This document shows, piece after piece, positions 53,538-64,000 of a stretch of 64,000 bases of DNA. Numbering within the stretch: the stretch's first letter is position 1; each line of letters starts with the position of its first letter. The stretch lies in the IMG/VR virus record IMGVR_UViG_3300048571_000088, positions 1 through 64,000 of that record. The stretch is one strand, 5' to 3'. The translations under genes and the position numbers were made by a program. The notes beneath the pieces are model-generated. The model saw only the letters and a program-made list of their open reading frames with translations. It was not told the origin of the DNA and did no database searches.

Positions 53538-54064
53538 GGTTGTCTCATCACAGGTTTTGTTGGAACAGTTTTAAGTCAGTTCCTGAAAGATTTGAAAATT
53601 TCTTAGACAAACTTTGAAAATAGTCATCAGCTAGTTTGTCTTTAATGGTTCCGTAATGTACGATACCAGTTAAAGTATCTTTAAACATATACCCTTTTAT
53701 TTTATTCTTATCAGCAATAATACATAGATTATGAATATTACTTGAAAAAACAGAATAATAAGGTACATATTCTCTGAGTGTTTTAAATTCAGGAAGACTT
53801 GACAACAATTTAAAAGTTTGAAACAAACTTGAAAACGGAACTTTAGTACACTTGTAGGTCATATTAATCTCAAGATTTATTTACACAAGAAGAAATCTCT
53901 CTTGAAACAAAAACAAAAGGAGTAATAAAGAAGGATAGTACTGAAGCAATAAGGTCTATAAAACCAAAAGTACTAAGAGTATCTTTATCTACAGAAAAAG
54001 ATTTATGTCCTTTTTGAATACGTACATACTGGCCGTAAAAATGAATTTTCTTCATGTTGATTCC

Positions 54065-54286
54065 TCAGATGTGAATAAAGTCAGACGAAATTGCTTTAGG
54101 GATAGCTCGAAAACTATGTGCATAGGCTTGAACATAACGTCCTGTCATTACCATAACTTCTTTAAACCCTGTTTTGAAGTTTTCAATTGCTTCTTCACGT
54201 GTCTTACCTTTGGAAATGTAGTTGTGATTAACACCTTCTACAATTACAACATCTTTTTCTTGCTGTATTTTCACTTCGACTAGCAT
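54065..54286 (-). CDS. HicB-like antitoxin N-terminal domain protein
   Basis: ISKGKTREEAIENFK pattern preceded by two beta strands. Confidence 0.6.
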   Translation of the reverse strand: MLVEVKIQQEKDVVIVEGVNHNYISKGKTREEAIENFKTGFKEVMVMTGRYVQAYAHSFRAIPKAISSDFIHI

Positions 54287-54603
54287 GATTGTACCTTAAA
54301 AGTCAGTTTAATCCGTTAAGAAAGTCTTTAACTTTCATTGTTTTTCCATTCACAGAGACATCACTATTAAGTTCAGTTTCTGTACATAACCGTACATTAA
54401 AACTATTTAATAAAGTTTGAGCTTCTTGAATAGTTTGACAACACATGTACGAATAAACGGTAACAAGATTAGATGTACCGTCATTAACTTGTTGTGGTAA
54501 TGTATAAACACGATACATTTTTAAGTTCCTTAATAGAGTGTGTTACTTGTTAAACTATATGCGTACTGAAAAAAACAATACGCATAAACTTATTACTTAT
54601 AAG

Positions 54604-56013
54604 TTAGTTTGAATGGCTCATCAAATTATCACGTACTTGTTCAAACGTGAAATAATTTGTAATACTAATATTGTTGTAGTAAACAGTTTTAAGAAGATTT
54701 TCTTGATTGTCAGACAAAGAATCTTGACGAACTGTCTGAATGTTTCCTTGAGAATCTTTTACAACTGCAAGTACACCTTTTTTACTACGTTTAGAAGTAC
54801 TAGTGATAGGGTCTTTATAAACATCTCGCCAAATACCATTAACTTGGACAGCGCTAGCTTTCATTGCCCAGCCCATAGTGTCACGGTTAACTTGTTGTAG
54901 TAGACCACCTCCCATACCAAAAGCAATATTATCTAAAGAATAATTAGTGTCTTTTAGCATTTTTAGGATTTCTTCTAAACTTTCAAGATTAATACCATCA
55001 CCTTGAATTAATCGTACGCAGTCTGGTAAAACTTTATAACCTTTTGAATTATAAGTAACACCAAATTTTTGTTCAAGAAGTTCAAGAGATTTCTTAATAA
55101 CTTCAATAGGGTCCCCGCTGTCTGGACGTACCACGAGCGTACCTCCAAGAGTTTGGATTTTCTCTTTAAGTTCTTCACCCCAGATATTTTCAATAGCATT
55201 AAATAAATCATAGCTATCACTTACTACGGCTACTAAAGAACCAGGTTTTGAGAACTGATTAAGCATATTTTCATATGCATCTTTTTCACCTTCGCGCCCC
55301 CACGAAGTAATAGTAGAGTGCTCTGCTGCTGCGATACTATAACCTAACATTGAAGTAGTATAATAATATTCTTGAGCAGTTAGAATAGCTGGTAGGTTAT
55401 CCGTACCCATAAAGCTAAGTAAGTGTGCAGCACCACCAATACCTGAAGCTTCTAGACTTGTAGTTCCTCGACTACCGAAGTCATTCAACATAAACGGAAG
55501 TTTATCAAGTGTATCACACGTTTCTTTCATGTATTGCTTAATAAGTTTATGACAAGCATACGAAAGAGTAGCAACTGTAGAAGGGTACCAAACGGCACGA
55601 AGAATTGCCGTTTCAACGTAACTGGTTAGCCAAAAACATTCAGGATCAGTATTGACTACTTGTACTACAGGTGTTCCACATGGTACAACAGTACCTTCCG
55701 CTAATGCCTCAATTTTTAAAGGCAAATACCCGCCATGTACTTCAAGAATATGCAACCAACCTTCAGTGTTAAAAGGAACACCATGTTGTTTAAAAAAATC
55801 TGTTGCTGTATTAATTTGAGCTAAAGTAATAGGCTTAGAAAGTACTTCAAGCAGGAAAATTTGTAAACCAAAGAAAACACAATTGGTTAATGAACCTTTA
55901 GTATTGCGTGGTTCAATATAAGAAGAAACAAATTCTGTCTGTGGCGGGTACTGTAGAAAATGTGATGCTTTATAAGAATCAGCATTAAAAATAATAGAAG
56001 ACGATAAAGACAT
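54604..56013 (-). CDS. nadV: Nicotinamide phosphoribosyltransferase
   Basis: DSYKASHFLQYP, LNDFGSRG, AAEHST, VSDSYD, VRPDSGDP, IQGDGI and FGMGGGLLQ. Confidence 0.95.
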   Translation of the reverse strand: MSLSSSIIFNADSYKASHFLQYPPQTEFVSSYIEPRNTKGSLTNCVFFGLQIFLLEVLSKPITLAQINTATDFFKQHGVPFNTEGWLHILEVHGGYLPLKIEALAEGTVVPCGTPVVQVVNTDPECFWLTSYVETAILRAVWYPSTVATLSYACHKLIKQYMKETCDTLDKLPFMLNDFGSRGTTSLEASGIGGAAHLLSFMGTDNLPAILTAQEYYYTTSMLGYSIAAAEHSTITSWGREGEKDAYENMLNQFSKPGSLVAVVSDSYDLFNAIENIWGEELKEKIQTLGGTLVVRPDSGDPIEVIKKSLELLEQKFGVTYNSKGYKVLPDCVRLIQGDGINLESLEEILKMLKDTNYSLDNIAFGMGGGLLQQVNRDTMGWAMKASAVQVNGIWRDVYKDPITSTSKRSKKGVLAVVKDSQGNIQTVRQDSLSDNQENLLKTVYYNNISITNYFTFEQVRDNLMSHSN

Positions 56014-56015
56014 TT

Positions 56016-57059
56016 TTATGTAGCCTTAGTAGTGTGAAGGAAATGTTGGATGATACTGTAGTGATCTTCAAACATATTTTCAGATTGAATTTCACTTAAA
56101 GAGTACCAACCGGCAGAGATAGCATCATCTGCTGCAGTTACTTTTAAATCTAAAGAACAAGTATTAGTAAGACTGAAATAAAAAGCATTACTAATTGTTC
56201 TTCCACGGATTGAACGTAAAGGATGATCAAACGTATGTTGACTTTTTAAAGAACTTTTAAGAATTTGTTCAGAGATATTTAAACAAGTTTCTTCCTTTAA
56301 TTCTCTAATACTTGCTTGAAGTAGTGTTTCTTTTTGATCTAAAAAACCTCCGGGAAGAGCTAATAGATTTTTACCTGGATTTGATTTTCGACGGATTAAA
56401 AGAATTTTTTTAGTAAGTTCATCAACTACAACTGAATCAACGGTTACAAAAATTGGTGGATAAGGAGAAGAAGACCAATCTTTTTTATATTTTTCAGCGT
56501 ATAAAAACTCAGCTTGAAGATCAAGGTAACTACTACTCAATTCAAAACTTTTTAAAAAGTTTTTAACAGTCTCTGTGGTACGCACCTTAAGGAATAAATC
56601 AGAAGTATGCGAAGAAAAATAAAGTTTTCGAATTTCTGTAGCATTAATTTTAATAGTTTCTGGTACTTCTTCTAGTTTTAAACTATAAATAGAAAATAAA
56701 GATAAATAGTAAGCTGTGTCTTCTTTAGTGTGCCCAATAATTGCAACTTTTTCATTGTATCCGTCAGTTACATTATAAATCGCTTGAATTACTTCTTTAG
56801 CCCATGTCTTATCATTGTATGGGTAGTCGTTAATTGGAGTAATAGTTTGAACTTTATCTTTAAAATGATCTTTAATAAAAGAAGAACGCTCTTTAAATGT
56901 AAAAGGATTTCTAATAGAACGAGCTACATTTGAAGAGCCTATTAAAATGTGTACATTGTGTGCTAGTGTAATAGCGTGATCAATTACTGAAACATGTCCG
57001 TCATGTAGCGGTTGAAAACGTCCAATAAAAAAGACGTGTTCATATTTTTTCTGCGACAT
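56016..57059 (-). CDS. nadM: Bifunctional NMN adenylyltransferase / Nudix ADP-ribose pyrophosphatase
   Basis: FIGRFQPLHDGH, RNPFT, NATEIR; Nudix LPGGF...RELKEET; FEDH. Confidence 0.93.
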   Translation of the reverse strand: MSQKKYEHVFFIGRFQPLHDGHVSVIDHAITLAHNVHILIGSSNVARSIRNPFTFKERSSFIKDHFKDKVQTITPINDYPYNDKTWAKEVIQAIYNVTDGYNEKVAIIGHTKEDTAYYLSLFSIYSLKLEEVPETIKINATEIRKLYFSSHTSDLFLKVRTTETVKNFLKSFELSSSYLDLQAEFLYAEKYKKDWSSSPYPPIFVTVDSVVVDELTKKILLIRRKSNPGKNLLALPGGFLDQKETLLQASIRELKEETCLNISEQILKSSLKSQHTFDHPLRSIRGRTISNAFYFSLTNTCSLDLKVTAADDAISAGWYSLSEIQSENMFEDHYSIIQHFLHTTKAT

Positions 57060-57060
57060 T

Positions 57061-57429
57061 TTAAAAACCCTTCTGATTATTTTTATTTAACAATTCATTC
57101 AATTTTTCTTTAAGTTCTTCTTGTTCTTGATGAGTAAATTGATCATGATCAATAATAACTTTAGTCAAGATATTAGCTACGACGCAAGGAGTAATTACAA
57201 AAACCCAAAAATGCCCTAGAAGAATTGTAAGAAGTTTTCCTTGTGCTGTTACAGGAGAAATATCTCCGTAACCAATGGTTAACGAGGTAACACTAGACCA
57301 ATAAAAACTTTCAAAAATAGTGTATCCTTCATAATAGGAGAACAATAAAGTGCTTACTGTTAGGCTAACTAAATAAACAGCAACTAACAATGGAATGCTA
57401 TTAATTAGTTTCAATAGGTATTTAGACAT
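57061..57429 (-). CDS. Two-TM potassium channel
   Basis: FYWSSVTSLTIGYGDISP selectivity filter flanked by two TM helices. Confidence 0.92.
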   Translation of the reverse strand: MSKYLLKLINSIPLLVAVYLVSLTVSTLLFSYYEGYTIFESFYWSSVTSLTIGYGDISPVTAQGKLLTILLGHFWVFVITPCVVANILTKVIIDHDQFTHQEQEELKEKLNELLNKNNQKGF

Positions 57430-57435
57430 AAAAAC

Positions 57436-57909
57436 TCACATATTACAGTTAAAATACTGAGGGTCAATAGAGACATCTTTAATCATCCAAGGTAGAATAA
57501 TTAAATTCTGATTTGGAAGATAATGATCCACTTCAATCTCACAAAGAACCAAATCACTATCATGAAAGAAATCAACTTCCATATGTTGCTGAGTGTTTGG
57601 ATGTGTAAAAGAATAACGTGTTTTAGTAATGATTTTAGGGCACAAAACTAAAATCTTTTGAGCAATCTCTAAGCCAATTTGTTGTTCTTTTTCATGACGA
57701 ATAATTGGATTGTCAGTAGGTTCTTTATATGTCAAAAAAGCTCGATTGTTTTCAATTCTAATTCTTACAATTTTACCATCTTGGTTATAGATATAACCTT
57801 GTTGAATTTTTGTAATACTGCGATCATGCGTGTTACAAGAACTTTTGATATCTTCAAGATAATCTAAAAACTGTACAGAATCTACGAGGTATTTATATTC
57901 AATTTCCAT
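57436..57909 (-). CDS. CYTH domain protein
   Basis: MEIEYKYLV (ExExK), IQQGY, VRIR, LTYK, KTRY, EVDFF and CEIE. Confidence 0.88.
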   Translation of the reverse strand: MEIEYKYLVDSVQFLDYLEDIKSSCNTHDRSITKIQQGYIYNQDGKIVRIRIENNRAFLTYKEPTDNPIIRHEKEQQIGLEIAQKILVLCPKIITKTRYSFTHPNTQQHMEVDFFHDSDLVLCEIEVDHYLPNQNLIILPWMIKDVSIDPQYFNCNM

Positions 57910-57910
57910 A

Positions 57911-58174
57911 CTAGACTCCTTTATACTCTATAATATATTCTTTAACGTTATCATCAAATTTATTTAAAACTTTATAAGGATTATCTGTAAATAATTTAGT
58001 AGTTTTAAATCCATGTTCTTCGTGTAATTTGTGAGTCAAAGAAAGTCCATCAAGAAAACCTTCCAAAGCTTTATCAATTGTTGATTCACTACAAGAAACA
58101 TAATTTACATTTTGTCCTTCTACGTGATATAGACCTACTGAATTATCAATTGTTACTAGAACTTCAACTTTCAT
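57911..58174 (-). CDS. HicB-like small protein, paralogue of 54065..54286
   Basis: HVEGQNVNYVS...TIDKALEGF aligns with IVEGVNHNYIS...TREEAIENF. Confidence 0.5.
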   Translation of the reverse strand: MKVEVLVTIDNSVGLYHVEGQNVNYVSCSESTIDKALEGFLDGLSLTHKLHEEHGFKTTKLFTDNPYKVLNKFDDNVKEYIIEYKGV

Positions 58175-61100
58175 TTTATATACTCCTTTAGATAATTATA
58201 CATATAGGTGCGAATAAACACACCTATAAATTTAATTACTTGTTAAGATTTTCGACTGATGTAACATTATCAGGTACTTTAGTACAGCCTGTAAATACAG
58301 TTGTAAATGCCAAAACTGATGCTAGAAAAATCTTTTTCATGAGGTTAAACCTTTTTTAAAATGGAATAGAAAGAAAAAATCATAATTAAAACCATAAGTA
58401 GTAAAACTATCAGGTTTAAACTATTAAATGTTATTAAGGCATTATAAGTCTTAATCACATAAAATTTAAGGTAATACAAACACGCTAGAAGTATATAATA
58501 TACTTCTAGATAATTTTCTTGTAAGGAGACTACAAAATTATTCATGTTGGTTAAATCTGCAGTAAATTAATCAGCAGAAGTAAATAAAGGAACAGTGAAA
58601 CATTGAAGACGTAGTAAATTTCCTACTTGAATTAAATCAACAAACCATTTGTCATTTACAGATAAATAGTTTACTTTCTCTTTACGAACAAACCCGTCTT
58701 CTTCTAGGGCATTTAAAAGCTTAGAGGCTGTTAGACCTGAAGTTGAAACATAACTTGCTTGAGCTTTATTTGGAGATCCTGCATGGATCTTTCCGTAGAA
58801 AACTTTACTCACGATAAAACTCCTGAGATTACATGGTTAATAAATCATCATAGTTGCAATCTTTAACTACGAGTCTTGTATTTGTCTCGTAGATAACATC
58901 ATTAAAACATAAGAAATCAAAACAAGCTTGAAACGAATCAATTAAAGCATTTTTAAAATCATCAACACCTAAATTATAAGCATGATAAACATCAGATTTT
59001 TTAATTGGCCTGCTTAACGAGTATTTTTGTATTGCTTGTTCAGTCATTTTTTGGAACCTTATTTTTCGATACAAAAGCAGAAACAATACCTTCATGCCAA
59101 TCCACAAGTTTCCAGGCAATTAATTCGCCAAGAGAATCTGAAAACAAGTGATAAGTCATGATCAAGCGACTTTTACCTCCATTTGAAGCAATACACCAAC
59201 CTACGTAGTAATTATAACCACCCTCTTTATTTTTAAACAGAAGGATAAGATCTCTGTTTAATGGAAGATCTTCCTTAGAAGTAAAAATAGTATAACTCAT
59301 GTGTAAAACCTCTTGGCATCTGAATCATAGTATTTAAAAAGCTTTTTAATAGTAGAAGATTTTAGCTCAGCTTTAGTATTAAAAGTAATACTTTCAACGC
59401 TAATTAAATCTGGAAAATATACATCTACTTCCGCGTCAATATAGTCATAAGCATATGCAATTTTAATATTGTTTGAATCTTGATACGTTATTCTTAATAG
59501 ATTAACTTTTTCAGGATTTTCAACATAGTCTTTATAACGTTGTTGAAGACTTTTATTAGCTACTTCAGTAGACCAATGTACAATACTAATTGATCTAGCA
59601 TTCACTAACATATTAAAAGCAGGATGAAAAATGTGGTAAGATTGACCCTTATATTTAATACTTTTTGATTTATATGCAAAATGATGTAATTTGAATTTAG
59701 AATTCAGTTTTGAATAAATCCAAAAGATAATCATAATTGGCATTGTGACTAAAGCTACTAGATACCAAAAAGGAGTATATACCTTATAGTACGTATTAGT
59801 GTTTGAATCGTAATAAGAATCTGTGTATTTTACTGAAACTCCTTGATCATCTTTTAACTGATAATTGGAAAATTTCTTAGCGTTTAAAAGTTTTTCAAGG
59901 AGTTTCATAAATCACCTTTACAAGTGCCAACGGAGGTTAAGATCAATACCACAATAAGAAACTTTGCAAAGTATGGCAAATTCTTTCCATTTAGAGATAA
60001 AATCTCCAGCAGATAAATTTACAGAAAACTTTAAAACATGTTGATGATGAGCATCAATACTTTGTGTTGCGATATTTAATTTTTTATCACAACCTTTAAA
60101 TACTTCATTAAAAACTTTACTCATGCTGACGTGTTCTTGTTAAAGAACACTAGCAACACCTTCACCTGTACACCATATTGACATGATCTCTTCCTTAGAA
60201 GATTAACTAACGATTACAGCTAAACCTACTGAAACTATATCTGCTACATCAGTAAGAGAAAATTCACTTTGCTTAGAAAAGTTTGTATCAGGTGAAACAG
60301 TATTTTGTGTAACTAGACTTTGAGAAGAAGTTTTTTGAACTAGATTTAAATCAGTTGGTTCTTTTAAAAAAGAACTGATTCTGGCGATATAAACTTAACA
60401 ATTTTGTTTTGAGTAATAAACTCAACCATTGCTGAACGCAAGCTAACAAAATTGTTAAAAGTATTTTCAGTAATTAAAATACCATATGTAATCATATAGA
60501 TACAATCTGCAGTTAAGACTCTTGCACAGTAATGCGAACGATTTGTTTGTGTATAACGAACTCTAGCGACTTCTCTATCTGCATAAATAATACTGCCTGC
60601 TAAATAAGCTCCACCAATTTCTTCATGATTTGTGGAGCCACTGGTTCGATAATTTTTAATTACCAATCCAATAGCACTATCAAAATAAAGAATTGTGCCA
60701 CCATATTTAGAAAATAATTCCAAAACTTTTGAAGATTGAGCAGATTCTTCAATACAACAAGAACCCATTGAAATATAATATTGGAGATCCAACATATTTA
60801 AATCAATGCTAGTGGGCACTTTATTACCTATCCAAATATTGAACATAAGAAACTCCAAAAGTGTTTAATCAATAAAAAACAATTCTAATACTTTAAGAAT
60901 TGTAGTGAGAGTGTATAGAAGAATTCCTATTAAAAGGAATGGTTGGTAAATGGTGTTTATGAAGAATACTTCTGTTAAAACAATAAAAATTACCTTCAAG
61001 AGTAATAGTTGAAGGCTTAATCATCTTAATAAAAGCACTACCGCAAGGAGATACAGTTTCTATAATACGAATTTTCATAACTGTCTCAAAAACTTTCCAT

Positions 61101-62594
61101 CACTAGAGGGTTCATTTTTTCATTGTTTTCAATGATTTGATACGGCACTGCATATTTCCATTTGACTTTACGGTCAGTCATAAAAAATCCATCACTAGTG
61201 ATGCTATCCACGAGGAAAAAAGCAGGCAAAGTAAAAATTGCATTATATTCACTAGAGTCACTGACAGAACAAAGAACTGAATTTCCTTTATAAAGGAGAT
61301 AGCGAGTTAATTCACTACCTTTCAGTACTTTCTTTGGTTTTTCAAACCCTGTATTGTAGAGTTTAGATAACAATTCACAGTTTTCATCTGTAGCGTGGAA
61401 TATTGGCGGGTTTTTACCACTTTTAGTGAGGTGACCAGACAGATTAAAAGTTGTAGAAAGAGAATTAATCTTCAAAGGGTAATCTTTGTCATGGCAAAAA
61501 ACAAGTGTGTAAATAATGTTTCCATACTGTGGAAAATACACTTTATCGCCAACTTTAAATTTTGTACTATTCATTTTGTTACTCTTTTATATTATTTCTG
61601 TGAAGACTGTTGAGAAAGTTTTTCAATCTTGTCAGATAAGATTTGAACTTGGGTCTTAAGTTGATTGATAGTTCTACCTTGTTCAGAGATTGTTTTATTC
61701 AAGCGTTGCTCTAAAAGAACAATTGGTGATGGTAAGCCACTGATGTCGCAGTATTCACTCATTAGTACAGACTCTTGTTAAATACATATTTGTTTGTTAG
61801 TACTGTCTTTTGTACATTTTGAAGTTTCTTCTGCAAAGTCTTTGCATTTGGCATGAATCGAACCTGGATCTGAATAGTTATAACTTGATTTTGCTACGCA
61901 AGTAAGAAAATCAGCTCGATATGTCTGTGGATTATTACCTACATCATCGAACACAGAAAAAATCAAACCAAAGGCAAATACTACAACTATAAGCAAAGCA
62001 GCAAACGGTATGGGATGAGGCATTGAATTGATTCCTATTTAGCCAGTTTTAAAAATAACTTGTTTTGTTATTTTTACTTTTGAATTTTGTTTAAGAGATT
62101 CTCATAAATTTGAACTATTGTTTTTAATTCATGATCGTACGCAGCAGAACTACAAGGACAACTAGACAGACGTGTATCGTCTATTTCCTTTTGAATATAA
62201 GTCCTTAAGTTATCATTAGATTCCAATAAGGCAGTATACAAATCATATAGTTCTGTGTATTGTTGAGTTACAGTATCTGGAGAACAATTTAGAGACATTT
62301 TTAATCTCCTATTAATCTTCCAATTCTTTTAGATCTGGAAGATTATTTTTGAAAATAATGTTGTTGTTATTTTCAAAGGTTTTAATTTGATTGAGGATGT
62401 CTTGATGTGCGCAAAATTCTTTTATTTCTAAGGTATGATTTTGTGTGGCAGCAGTTAAATAGTCTTTTAAATTAGTAACAAACTCTTTTAACATGGTGTA
62501 ATCAAAATAAAGTGTAGCAAAATCTGCTCGCAATTCTTTAGGGTAATCTGACATTTATACCTCTGTATAATACATAATTAACTTCAAACCTTGT

Positions 62595-62669
62595 GCACCA
62601 GTTGCAAGAATCGAACTTGCTATCTCTTCACAATTTTCTTGTGAGTGCTCTACCTTGAGCTACCTGATG
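62595..62669 (-). pseudogene. Degenerate tRNA-like gene
   Basis: Good D arm (GCUC-AAGGUA-GAGC) and T arm (GCAAG-UUCGAUU-CUUGC); imperfect acceptor; abnormal anticodon arm UCACAA-GAAAA-UUGUGA. Confidence 0.55.
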
Positions 62670-64000
62670 ACTTATTTAGGTTTGAAAACTTTGAATGATT
62701 AAGATAATTTTGACTTAATCAGTAATTTAATTGAATCTAAAAGAAATGGACAACCAAACCACTCTGTGCCAAGTTTTTTGTTAAATTGTAAAACTTCTCC
62801 ATTATTAAAATGAAAATACATATTTTCAAAAAACTCGGTATCTTTATTACTATTAACTAGAGAATAGTCTAATAAAGATAATTGAGTAGTATGTACTTTA
62901 CTAGGATACCAATAACCATCTAAGCAAGCTTTAATAGTCTCTGTGTACCCTGTAAGAAGTTCTTTACAATCTCTAGGAGGATCTTCATAGAAATGAATAG
63001 AACGTCTTTTTATAACAATTGGTTTAGTAAGGATTGGTAAAATTGTACACTCATGTATCATTGATTGATAACAAAAATAATAACCTTTATATTGATAAAT
63101 AACGGAAGCATCTATAATATCTTTCTTATAGAACTTCTTTACTTGCCAATTTTTTAAAATTACAGCTTCTGTTGAAGAATGTAAAAAACTATGAAAAGCA
63201 CTAGAAAATCTATAAGAAATTTTCTCTTTTGTTTGATACAATTTAACAAAATAATCAAATTGTTCTTTTGTTAAAGAATTAATTTGTTTTGTTAGCCGCT
63301 TTTTTTGATGTTCAGGTAATATTAAATTATCAAAATGCTCTTTTTCCCAGTAATCGTCCGGTAAAGAATCAAAATGAGTTTCGATTAATCCTAGAGAAAT
63401 TTCTTCAGGAGTTTTACTCATCACGTGTACCTCTGGTTATTAGTGAATGATAATCATCAAAAATATCATCTAATAAAGTTTCAGTAAGAAATTCTAAAAC
63501 TTCTTTAAAAGATTCTTTACTTTGCCAATAGTAATCAAAATATGAAGTCAAACCTTTATGTTCTTCTTCAAGATATTTATAATGAGAAACACCGATACAT
63601 TTACCTTTTAAGATAATTGCATAAGCTAAGTCTCCGTCAAAGTTTTCACACCATTGACTTTCAGAAGAATATTGAGTTGTATCTAATATTTCTAAAGCAT
63701 AGAGATGTTGTAAAATTTTAGTTTTACTTGTATCCCAATAGTAATTTAAGTTAAATATTTCATGAGGTATAGCATTTTTATATTTTAATAATTCTTGATT
63801 TGTGGAAGCTTCGATACCTTTTTGAAATAACTCTTGAATATTCATTGAATTAGCTCCAAAGTTTCTTGTTGTTTACGTTCTTTTTTAAAAATATCCTTTA
63901 GTTTTGATAAGTTTAAATTGTGCTATTGTTATAGACTCTTCTGTTTCTTCTAGTTCATATTCTGTAGCATATAAGATCACATCTGGAAAGTTTTTATGAA

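Noticed and set aside
50925-55220. Nested same-strand ORFs 50925..51200 and 55008..55220
   Set aside because: Alternative frames inside well-supported genes, with no motifs.
2500-61613. All plus-strand ORFs in the track (e.g. 2500..2772, 30800..31015, 54613..54900)
   Set aside because: Short, antisense to longer minus-strand genes or tRNAs, with no recognisable motifs; treated as shadow ORFs.
1-64000. Stop-codon reassignment / alternative genetic code
   Set aside because: Recognisable genes are full length and tightly packed under the standard code; no suppressor tRNA (CUA/UCA anticodon) was found.

Overview
Strongly AT-rich, gene-dense segment with essentially all real genes on the minus strand. 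It reads as the accessory/host-takeover region of a large (jumbo-type) dsDNA bacteriophage; no structural or replication genes are recognisable and the host cannot be assigned from this window. Recognisable cargo: RNA repair (Pnkp, Hen1, 2H phosphoesterase, DRB0094-type RNA ligase), translation/tRNA functions (TilS, Pth2, truncated GlyRS-like class II synthetase, dispersed tRNA and tRNA-like genes), NAD/ADP-ribose functions (NadV, NadM-Nudix, NadE, macro domain, NADAR), an intein-containing metallophosphoesterase, SplB-like radical SAM, TelA, RlpA, K+ channel, CYTH, HD hydrolase and a deaminase. The most notable signal is a dispersed RNA module (covarying 6-9 bp stem + ACAGCAA). It occurs nine times: five times as an open clamp enclosing cargo RNA and four times circularly permuted (closed by a GUAA loop) inside tRNA bodies. 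One copy abuts the ribosome-binding site of a DUF2828 (TROVE/Ro60-like + vWA) gene. This suggests a phage Ro60/Y-RNA-analogous ribonucleoprotein system built on tRNA mimics. All RNA structures were folded by eye, and protein calls rest on motif recognition, not database searches.
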